A stretch of DNA of 64,000 nucleotides from Marsupella aquatica (Eukaryota; Plantae; Marchantiophyta): contig OZ316895.1 of the NCBI GenBank assembly GCA_973895155.1, forward strand, positions 7,242,184 to 7,306,183, written 5' to 3'. The notes under the pieces are model-generated. The model worked only from the letters and a program-made list of their open reading frames with translations, did not search any database and had not been told where the DNA came from. Of the stretch, positions 1-10,900 are shown in pieces (positions within the stretch are counted from its first letter, which is position 1; the number at the start of each line of letters is the position of its first letter). The position numbers and the translations under genes are program-made.

Positions 1-1309
1 TAAAATCATCCTGTGAAATTCTTTGCTCATCTGATGGAAAGCTGTTCTAGAGTCCTTCAGGATTAATGTCCGCCCTAGATCTTCCATAGGTAGCAATGTA
101 CTCAGCAGATGCCTTAGTGAAGAGACCTCAAAAACTTTCCAAATTTTGTTTGAGGACACCTCAGCAAGGGAGCCTGGTGTAATGTTTCTCTATAACGTAA
201 GAGCAAAAGGTGTCTTTACCTATTCGAGAAAATATTGATCAGACAGGGGACTCCACGAAATAAATCAAGCATTTTTCATCTAATGCCTACACTACAGAAG
301 CATTTTTTATGTCTGCCCGAGGGTTTCTTTATTCCAAACCAGATGTTCGACTGCAGTCTGTCGGAGACATGTCTACGTGCCCTGTACAGACCGACTTGTG
401 CATTCATGCGAACGTCACAAAGGGTACAATACACTCTCCTGTATTTGTAATTAAAGGTCAAGAACAATGATGAGGGATGAATCATTTTCCGTCCAAGGTT
501 GTAATTTATTTTTCTCGTAAAATTGAAAAAGTCGTGCAAACAGCGATGCGGAGAGAATTATACAGCTTGTCTGAACAAAACTGAAACTCCATATTGTTAT
601 TTAGAGCTACTATATTTTTCAGTTGAGGACTTCACTGAACTTGACTTAAACAAGGCACGCTGTAGGAGAAGAAATTGGGACTGGTTTCCTGTCCCTACCG
701 ATGCACATTTGTAGCTACAAACTTCGAGACTTAATTGTGAGGATTGAGCTTTTTATACTTGACTGATGTTGGCTAGCGCAATCTCTAAGAGACTGAGGGA
801 GGAGACACTCTTGGAGAAGGCCAAAACAAGCCAACACAAACGGAGGCTTCAACCATGCCGAAGGAGCACCAGAATGTGGGGGGCACACAGCCCAAAACAA
901 CAAAAATAACAGAGAACAAGGAACTTCTGATTCTGGAACATACAAATGTTGAGTTTCCCGTATGCTTTCGTCACCTCCATCAATAGCCAATTCGACTTAG
1001 TGGGAACGGGCAAATTGTAGGCGCACGAAGTGTAAAATCCAACTGTTGTTCTAATTCCATCACAACATTTCGTTTCAACGAAAGGCCTGCTGAAGATGTC
1101 CATTGGATCCGTCTCCACCTTCTGAATGATGATTTTCGTGGTAACCTTCCTCCAATTTTTCATAAGTGATATATTTTTATAGAAAAATTTAGCCATGGGG
1201 TCGATGCGCAACATTGAATGGCAACATTCTTCGGAAGACTTGAACTGAAGACTATGCTCCAGATCCGCCCCATCAAACAAATTCAAATGGGGCCGAGACT
1301 GGTAGACGA

Positions 1310-2035
1310 TTATGTTGAGATCCATCACAACATGTGAGCCAGCGGAGTACAGTAGGTGGAACAAACACGAGCACCAGGAGCGGAGGTCCCGCACAGCAGG
1401 CAGAGGAAATAAACAATTAAGGATTCAGATCCGTTCGAAATCCATCACAAGACGTGGGCCAACACGAGCAACACGGGAGAGAAGGCACCAGACCACAGTT
1501 CGAGGAAATGAAATATAATGGATTCAGCTCCGTTCGATTTAAGCCACACGAGCAAGAGTGGAGAGAAGGCACCACACCACAGGTAGAGGAATTTAAACAA
1601 TTATGGAGTCAGATCCGTTCGAAATCCATCACAAGATGTGGGCACGAGCAACACGGGAGAGAAGGCACCGGACCACAGGTAGAGGAAATGAAAAATTCTG
1701 GATTCAGATCCGTTCGCACTCCATCACAAGATATGGGCCAAGAGGAGCATCAGGGGAGAGAAGGCATCTACCTGTGAAATGAAAAATTATGAAGTCTGGA
1801 TTCAGGTCCGTTCACACTCCATCACAAGATATGGGCCAAGGCGAGCATCAGGGGAGAGAAGGCATCACCTGTGAAATGAAAAATCATGAATTCAGATCCG
1901 TTCGAAATCCACCACTGGTTCGACAAAGACATAGGCAAACAGAGGAGTTGAAATTGAAAAAATCCACCGCTGGTTCGGCATAGACATAGGCAAACAGAGG
2001 AATTGAACTTGAAAAAAAATTGGGTTCAGATCCGC
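1310..2035. repeat. Degenerate about 85-100-bp minisatellite
   Basis: GGATTCAGATCCGTTCG(AAA/CAC)TCCATCACAAGA...GGGAGAGAAGGCA...GAAATGAAA recurs near 1421, 1520, 1604, 1699, 1798 and 1888. Confidence 0.85.
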
Positions 2036-3839
2036 CCCGGGGGGCAGGAAGCCTTAACCTCATGGTGTGTGGAAGCCCGAAGGCTGATCCCGTCCTTATC
2101 GAGGGAGATGCTAACCTTCTCTCGGCTCAACGAACACAAGAGGCAAGCAAGAGCTGCTGTATATGTATGGTAGGAATTCATGATGGCTAAACTTATGGTC
2201 TTTTGTAGAGGAGCCTGTTGGCACAATCTACCAAAGGGACGATCGAGTCTGCCTATGTCCAGCTCGAAACATTATTCTGTGTCTTTCCAGATGATTGCGC
2301 AAGCCCATGCACCTGTTGTTGGGATGTCATTTTTTACTTAAGTCAGTGTTTACATCAAGATGCTTGGGACATGCAGCTCAGCTTTTTCTCCAGATTTTAT
2401 AAAGGGGACTTGCAATTTCTCACTGGGAACTGAAGTTGTACTAATTGTTTATTTTCTGTCAGTGTTAACCTGATAGCCCCTATGGTATTTGTTGACACAT
2501 ATTGTTGCACTAGAATGGTGAGTAGACCATAATTTTAAGAGGCTTTTATACAACAGATTCAGCCACTATTCAAATATAGTTATCACATTGAGATGATTTT
2601 TCAATCATGGAGAGCTCATTTGGTACTGAAAACTTACCTAATAACATTAAGGTTAGTGTACAGAAATTTGTCTTAATATCAAATTCTCTCAAATATAGTG
2701 CTACTAGCTGGATGTCTGTGTGTTGAACAATAGATGTTGAGGAGAGGCAAAATGGCAAGGCGAGGCAAAGACGTTGAGAAGAGGCAATAAAATGCAAGAG
2801 AGGCAAAGAAATGCAATCGAGACAAGGAGATGCAAGTGAGGCAAGCATTGCAATTATGTCATTGTGGTCTCCCCCTTTTCCTGTTTTCTCGAGCCTTCCC
2901 CTACTTGCTTTGCTGCCTAGTATTCCTTGGCACAGAAATATCAAATTCTATAATATTGTCACCATGGTAAAAAAACTACAGGATTATTTATCCTAGTTCA
3001 TGGGTGCAAAAGCCTCATCATTTGGCTGGGTTGCTGTTGTTAGGTAAATGTTATTATTTTTATCATTGATGATGATATTGTCAACTATTGTTGTTGGAGA
3101 GGGTGAAGGTTAGAGGACGGAGATGTAATATGGGTGATGGCCATCAATTTTTCAATTCATTTCATTTGAATTTTTAATAAAAATATAAAAATTAATTCCT
3201 CCTGGCCATGGTCAACCACTTGCTGAAATTGGAGCATATCTAGAACCCAAACTAGAGTGGACATCCTCTGCATCTCCATCTTGCCTTGTACATCCATTTT
3301 TGCCACCAGCCGCAATGAAAATGCAACGGCAATGTAAAATCGATGGCCCCCTGAGCTGGATGCTGATTCACCTTTAATGTAAGGCCATGCAAGATCACGA
3401 AGTTGAAATCACATGCAGTTGTTTCTTGGCTGTTTTTTGTTTTTTGTTGTGCATAGTGAGGGGGTATAGCAGTCAACAGCAGACAGAGGCAATGGAGAAT
3501 GCAAGACCTTGCAGTACTTGCTGCAAACACTAATATCTTATGGTTTTGGCTATAACCCACATCAACTTTTCCTCTCAACTCACCCCCTTACAAAACCTGG
3601 GTCACTTTCCGAGTAATGCAATATTTTATAATATGGTACCTAGTTAGCCCAAACTATTGGGGAAATAGTGGATGAAGTCTATGGATATCGTTCATGTCTC
3701 TCAAATACCCATTTTATTAGCACGTGATTCCTACCAATTCTAGAGAAGCCCTAAGAAAATATCTAATACGAGTACATACTAGTGGCCATAGAGAACCTGT
3801 CTGTCCATCTAAGTGTTACTTCTGTGTTAACTCCTCCTA

Positions 3840-5621
3840 TACAGTAAACTCTCTCTAAGTGCACACTCTCAGGAAGACTGATCCAGTGTGAACTGAACCA
3901 GTTTTTGCATTCCTTGAAAAGTGCAAACCCCCTAAAATTTGCACTTATCAATAAATGACCCCTTTGTCAGTGATCAGTCTCATGCAGTGTTACACAAATT
4001 GTACATCCCTGCCCAAAATTTGGCCTCCAACCCCATGAGTGCATTTTGAACTCAATTTTTAACTCCAATAAGAAAGGGTTGCACATATCAGTAAATGCAA
4101 TGGGATTGTGTGCTTACTGATAAGCGCACACCCTTCCTCACTAGAGTACAGGATGCACTTATCAAAGGTTTTCATCTTAAGAAGTTGTCGTGGAGCAAAA
4201 TGATTCCAGGCCTGTTTGCACTTAGGAAAGACAAGCCTGATTACCCACTTGAATGTAAACTGAGATGACAACAACAAATAATCTTGCAAAAAAAGGAGTC
4301 TGTGGTATCATCCTTTCATCTCTCTCACTTTAAGTACACTTTGCCTCTATCCCTCTCACTCTAAGTACCCTCACTTTAAGTTATACCTTTTTTTCTTTCT
4401 TTAATTTGGAGTTTATTCCGCGTGAACCCCACGGATGGGGGGAACCAGCAGGCCAAAAGGCAAAAGAGCCACTACGGGCTGTGAAACAGAATTCAGAGAA
4501 TTGTAACACAATGATAACACACCGAGAAACCCATTCTAACCACAAGTCAAAAAGAATAGAACACTAGGGAGACCAGACACAGAGATAAGGACATTCCAGT
4601 GAGGTCAGTCTCTCAATGTCTGGCTACAATCTCCATCTACTAAGTAAGAGGCCATTGCTTTAGTAACTTCTGTCTGTCAACAACTGTCAGACCTAACGTC
4701 TTGGTCAGTACGGCTCATCACTCAACCAGAGATCCAAGTCCTAGCTCTAGGGGTAAACAATCTCAGTCTCTCTGTTTCCAACATAGCTTTAGCACTGAGA
4801 ATCCAAGTTAGTATCTTATTTGAGGTAGATGCAACTACCATTGCCGCCATATGATCCAGAGTTTCTGCAACTACCAAATGTTGGTCAAAAACTCTTCTCC
4901 TGTTCTGATCAAAGGTGTGACCATTCCTAGCCTGCCATATATTCCACAAAGTTTGACAGAGCATAAAACTATGTAAAGTACAGGTAGGAGTCTTTCCCTT
5001 GGAAGATAGGAGCAATCCAACAAAACTCAGACCATTTCTTATAATATCACCATTCAGCCAACTCTGTGCTTCTCTCCAGCATCCTCGAGCATGCCTACAG
5101 AAAAAGAAAATATGTGGTAGTGTTTCAACTACCCCAACACAAAGAGAACAAGAGCCATCAGATTTTGCAATTCTCAGAGCCTAAGTTATACCCTTAGTTA
5201 TACCGTTAGTTAGAGTTACTGTCTAGAGTTTTCACTCTAGGCTCAGGGAGTAGCTTTCAATTGCTATTATATATTTACTAGCTTGAACACCCGTTCTTTT
5301 GAACTCTAATATAGGTGACTACAAAAAAACATTGCCAAAAAAGATTTGTTACTGTTCACAACTCATTCATGACTTGTCCTCATTCCTTGCACCCCATTAT
5401 GTACCCCCAATATTAAGTGACACCATGAGAGTTAAGATGTAGAGGCTTCACTCTAGACCCTAGCCATAAAAAGTAGCTTTGCCTCCCGCTTTATTAACAA
5501 GATAGATTGATGAAAAGAAAGTGCAAACTCCACCTACAATAAAAATGAAGAACAGGTTGCCTTGCAGTACACCAGTTTTTTTGCTTATGGAGCTGTGCTT
5601 AGAGAGAGCGGTATTCACTGT
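3840..5621. mobile_element. Probable non-autonomous Tc1/mariner (pogo-like) TIR element containing a nested LINE
   Basis: Left end TA-CAGTAAACTCTCTCTAAGTGCAC. Right end GTGCTTAGAGAGAGCGGTATTCACTG-TA is an imperfect inverted repeat with TA flanks. Internal AAGTGCA/TGCACTT subrepeats; a related terminus sits at about 54889-54916. Confidence 0.5.
4388..5181 (-). mobile_element. 5'-truncated L1-type LINE (zf-RVT C-terminus, 3'UTR, A-rich tail)
   Basis: Minus strand encodes CSLCVGVVETLPHIFFFCRHARGCW (CCHC zf-RVT) and TLWNIWQARNGHTF, then AATAAA and an A-rich tail ending at 4388. 11-bp TSD TAAGTTATACC at 4377-4387 and 5182-5192. Confidence 0.88.
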
Positions 5622-5944
5622 ACAGTCAATTACATTAATGCCCTTTGCAACTTTTCCGCATGTATTTTCCAGGGTATTCTGGAGCATAATGCCCCAGTCA
5701 AGATCTGGGTCATCTCTTTAAGAAGTTTCTTTCTCAATGTGTACTAAAGTTATAGAAAAGGAAAATTGCTTGGGTCTTTCAACCACAACCTTCCCATACG
5801 AAAGAGCCCCATTCTCTACAGGCTACTGTTCATTCCTGTCCCAGTGAATAGTATACTCTCCATCAAAAGTGAAGCCCAAGTACACTCCTAGTGTAACTGA
5901 ATGATGTGCACAAGTAACCCGTTCTTATAGAAGTAGTTGTGGTT

Positions 5945-6097
5945 TAAGTGTTGTTTGGGCCTGCTGCACCGGTCTCTAGTGCTGTGTATGCGGTGCTTGT
6001 TTTGGGCTGTGTATGCTTGTGGCCTGTTTGGCTTCCCCTCATCCATGGGGTTTACGTGGAATTAATGCTACATGCCATAAAAAATAAAGAAAAAAAT
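5945..6097 (+). mobile_element. Short LINE 3'-end fragment related to the 4388-5181 element
   Basis: TGGCCTGTTTGGCTTCCCCTCATCCATGGGGTTTACGTGGAAT resembles the reverse complement of 4413-4455 and is followed by an A-rich tail. Confidence 0.6.
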
Positions 6098-6552
6098 GTA
6101 CTAAGGTCCTACTTTGGGAGCACTATGGCAAATAACAGCCCTTCAAAGTGTTTTATGCATTCCAAACAGGACTTTACTGTATTTGTAATTGAATTTTGAA
6201 GTTAAGGTCTTCTGTGTGGTTTTTCAGGTTTAAGGGCTTTAGGCTGCTGCCACTGCCATGCTTGTTCTCATGTAGGCTATTGCAATGTCATTATGTGTTT
6301 ATGTGTACCTTGGCCACAAAATTAATAATTGAACACTTAAAAATAAATAAATCCAAACAATCTAACCGCTATCATTCATTCCCGTCCAAAATGCATTTGT
6401 AACAGAACAAATAACTAAAATGAGCGAAATTTAATATTATAAATATAAATATATCTCTCTACATTATAACCTTGACTTCTCAGAATCAATATTTGATAGC
6501 CTCTGGTGATCACAGCGCTACTCCTCAGGATCCACGAGCAAGACACCCGGCA

Positions 6553-6790
6553 TCCTATAATTATATAGGTCCCCTGTTTCAAACTTCTCCATCAAGCTCC
6601 GTCGAAGCTCCGTCAAGCTCCGTCAAGCTCCGTCGAAGCTCCGTCAAGCTCCGTCAAGACGATCGATTCACAGGAAAACTTCGAACTCATCACGTTCTCT
6701 CGTGGCCGCAGTGCTTTGCTCGTCTCTGCTCTGCTCTGCTATTCTGCTATTCTGCTCTGCTATTCTGCTCTGCTCTGCTCTACTGTCTTG
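6553..6790 (+). promoter_or_regulatory. Probable PARP2 core promoter/TSS region: TATA box, AAGCTCCGTC tandem array, pyrimidine-rich (CTCTG)n patch
   Basis: Near-palindromic CCTATAATTATATAGG at about 6554-6569, then six 10-11-bp AAGCTCCGTC(G) units (6594-6658) and CTCTG/CTATT repeats. The sequence switches from AT-rich to CpG-rich here. Likely 5'UTR intron ending TTGTGCAG at 7858. Confidence 0.5.
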
Positions 6791-7949
6791 CTCTCCGATG
6801 TTCAATTGACTCCGACATCACCATCAACACGAGCTATTTCCTTTCGATCATGGAAGTTCTTGCGCATCTTTTGATCCGCCATCACCGAGCCTCCACCTGT
6901 CGTTTTATCTTGACATGAATTGTCGGGGAATCCTGCGACTCACTGCCTCGAACATCCGATGATGGCCGCCCTCGTTTGGATGCGGAACTGGACCCGGTGG
7001 AATTGCCAACTTCAACTGGCGCGTTGAATTGATCCGGAATTGTGGTGCCGCAGCTTTTTGTTTCTCGCCGTGAATGATTATCCGTTGAGGAGGCCGTCGT
7101 TTCGAATCGGCGTTTTGGTGCAGACAACTCGTTAATCAATTTACAGAATCTCGACGTGATTGACCGATCGGTCGCGTTCCATCATCATCTGAATCGCGTT
7201 AGTGGCCGGACAGCATTTGACTTTGATCGCCAGCTGAGAACTTCTTGCTCGTAGAAGAGAGGCTGGTTTTCGATCACCTTAAGGTCGGTGCTCCGTTTCT
7301 GCATTGCATGTTAAATCGAATTCGGGCTGGTAGCTGTCTTTGCCGCTTACTGGTATTGAATGGCTATTTTTAGCTTCAGAAGTCCTCTTTCTTCTGAGGA
7401 CCTTCTGAGTGGATTCTAGCTAAATGTTCATGTTGTTTTCGAGTCTAGATCTCGCTGCAAGGCAGCTACTCTAGCGTCGTGTCATTTATTGGCAAGTCAT
7501 GCTGAAAGCCACTGGTCTGCACTCGGGATAGTAGAGATAATGTGATGTCTCTTCTTGTCCGCTCTAAGAATTTCTGCCCTGGATATCTAGACTGCTGTTC
7601 ATTTTCGATATTAAAATTACCTGACAATTATAACTTCTCATTCCCCGACGGGATTTCTTTATCTAGCTTGTTTGGCTACACCATTTGGAGAGTGGAGTAA
7701 TGGACAGAACGCGGCTTCTCCTCCTTTGATGATGTAAAGTTGGAGAATGCTGACCCTTGCTCCTCTGCCTTTTTAAGAACAGATAGTTCGTTCACTGACA
7801 GGGTCACCAATGCTCGTTATTAAATTGTTGGACCATTTTTCCCTCCGGTTTTGTGCAGTTCCGAAGCTGCGGTCCGACGTTAAATTTTTGGTTCTACAGA
7901 CATTGGAGAAGAATAGACGCTTACTCAAAACATCCACCTCCAATTTCCA

Positions 7950-10900
7950 ATGTCAAGTAAATTGAAAGTACAAGAGCTTCGCGAGGAGCTTTCGAAGCGT
8001 GGAATTGACACTACAGGGCTGAAGCCTACTCTGGTATGTGCTCTAGGACGTGTGCAATTGAAGAATATCGCACTCTACAACCTGACATGTAGTTTAGGCT
8101 CAGCTGCGATAACCTGCAGTCATCTCCCAATTATAGGTCTGTATAGTGCCTTTTTGCTCTTTCTCAAGTCTAATGGCCCACTTCGAAGGCCTTAAGTATG
8201 TATGTGAACGAAATGGGTGAAGGTCTACCGGCATTCTAAAACCTCCACCGGCTTGAATGTGGAAAGACACTAAGTCGAATGACTGGGATCTTGTTTTTCC
8301 TCCAGTCCGAATGGCAAGAAGCATAGATATGGACATATAATGCGCGGGAAGTTGATCTCTCCAGAGTTAAGGTTACAAGTCCTCCTGCCAACCGCAGGTA
8401 ACTCGGCTCGATGAGGCGATTGCGTCAGAAAATAAGCCTGGTAACGCAGCAGCCAAAGATGAGGAGGCTGCACCGCCAGAAATCGATAAGGTAACTCCTG
8501 TACCAGGATCAGTTGTTTTCATTCCAAATTAGGCCTTCGCATGTCTTGGCATGGATATAAGATTGCTGGCATACGAGCCGATTGTAACCTCCCGTTAAAT
8601 GTGCTGCAGAATGGCAGCAAGGCAACCGGTAAGAGAAAGTCCCCCCCTCAAGATGGACAAAGCATCGACGGATCTGTTGTTAAGCGGATAAAAGTCGAAG
8701 ACATCGACAAGCTGTCTCTGGATGAGCTGAAGGAGGCTCTAACCGCACTTGCTCTATCCGTGACTGGATCAAAGGCAGTTCTGAGGAAGAGGCTAAGATC
8801 TGCATTGCAAGGTGGGTACTAACAAGTGTTTGCATTTAACTTCCCACGGACATCCAGGAAGTGTTTTCCAATCAGTAACTCGGTGCTTTCTTATTTGCAA
8901 TCAATGGGTGATTCCATTTACTTTTAGCTAGTGAGGGTGCAATCTCCAAATTTTAAATGTACATTGGTGTTTAACGTTGTCTTCAGATTTGAAAAAGAGT
9001 GACGATGCTGTGGAGAAGATGGTCACAGCAACCAAGAAGGGTCGTGCTGTTCTCGACCCAAATTTGCCAGAACACCTCAGGAAGGACTACCATGTTTTGG
9101 AAGAAGTAAGTGATGTCCTTCCTCACTTAAATGTCATTGCCTGCAGTGCCTTTATCAAACCTATAACGACGACACCGTAAAGACGGTTGCGGCAGATACG
9201 AACATTGCAAATAGTTCTCTTCTTATAGAAACGTACTGTGGTGGTTCCTCAAAGAGCTGCTGTAGCCGGCACCATACATCTGCACGATAAGCTGAAATGT
9301 TATTCAGACTACTTTTAAGGGACAAGTCTTGGTATTTTCTGTTTTGAATTTGACGTTTTGATCATCATCTAGAAGGTGTTGCTAGACTTTTGGTAATTTC
9401 CTAAGCTGAGATTACGTCAACGCAGTTCACCTTTGTGACCGTTTGCATCTAAGAACATTGAACTGTAGGCTGATGGTGTTAGGCAATTTCTTTGAGTAGG
9501 GTGATGAGGTTTACGACGCGATGCTTAACCAGACCAATGTTGGGGGAAACAATAACAAGTACTATGTCATACAAGCTTTGGGTAAGCCCTAAATTGGCAT
9601 GATTGAGCTTCACTCACCTGCTTCTAGAATTCAGGCTGTTTTGATTTGTTGGTAGCCGTTCCCATAAACGAAGTTGCTTTCTGCTCAAGTACTTTGCTGA
9701 ACTCATTTAGCACGGAAGGTTCTCAAAATGACTTGGTCTGAGCGAAGCTTTAAATTGGCTTGTCAATTTCCCTCCGTTCCTACGGCATTACGTTTGTCGG
9801 CTCTCTGTTAATGGGGTCTTGTTGATTTACCGTTCAGCATAGGTATGTCACGCTGTATGGAAAAACTTTTCTAAATTGCTCATTTAGTTAAACTCTGTTA
9901 TCTGTGGAGCTTGTTAATTTTTTGGCTTTGTTTGCAGAGAACGACTCTGGGAATTCATATCGACTGTTTACCCGGTGGGGTAGAGTAGGTGCAAAGGGCC
10001 AATCAAAATTGATCGTATATGATGACCAAGACGAAGTAACAAAACAATTTGAAAGCACATTCCATCAAAAAACAAGTAATCATTGGTGCGACCGCCATAC
10101 TTTCACTTCTTACCCAGGAAAGTACACCTGGCTCGAGATGGATTATGATGCAGATGTAGACAAGGCAGAGGTCAGTATCTTGTATATCTCCGACATTTTG
10201 GGGATCTTAAAAATCCTTTTATTGATCCATCACTCTGCTGAACTCTTGGGAAGTTGTCTTGCCACGGTTTAAGAAGAATAACGTAAAACTTGCCGCAGAA
10301 ACCTGTGGAGGGTGCCAAATCGGAGACCAAGGCACCTTTGCCAAGCAAGCTGGATCCCCAAGTTCAACGGCTTATATCAACAATCTGCAACATGACCATG
10401 ATGAAACATGAGATGGCGGAGATAGGTATTGTTCTCTACTCCTGCCTTTTCACATAGCTTATAGTGCATTCTCTACACTAATAAATGCAAAATTTGGAGA
10501 TACTTTTGCATCTAGCAATTCGATCTCATTGACTTGTATGGATGCAGCATGGGCAGTAAATGACGGAGGTGATAGGATGGGACCAACTTTCCCAGAACTG
10601 CATTTGTTTCAAAGTTATTTTCTAAGTGTGGCATGCTATTTTTTCTGGTCGTCAATAGTTATGTGGTGACAAGGATTGGCTGCCCCCATGTCCATCCTGC
10701 TAGTTAGTTGTGAAGTCCTCATGGACAATTAAGCCATCTAATGCCCCCTTAGAGAAAGCTCAGGCTAGGTAGCAGCAGCTCCTATAGACCTTGAAGCCCC
10801 ATCTCCTGATTGTACAAGTTTGAGGTGTTATTGTAAAGAGTATTGCTTTATGGCAACTAGTACAGGGGAGTAATTTAAGTTGCTTGTCAGGTTATGATGC

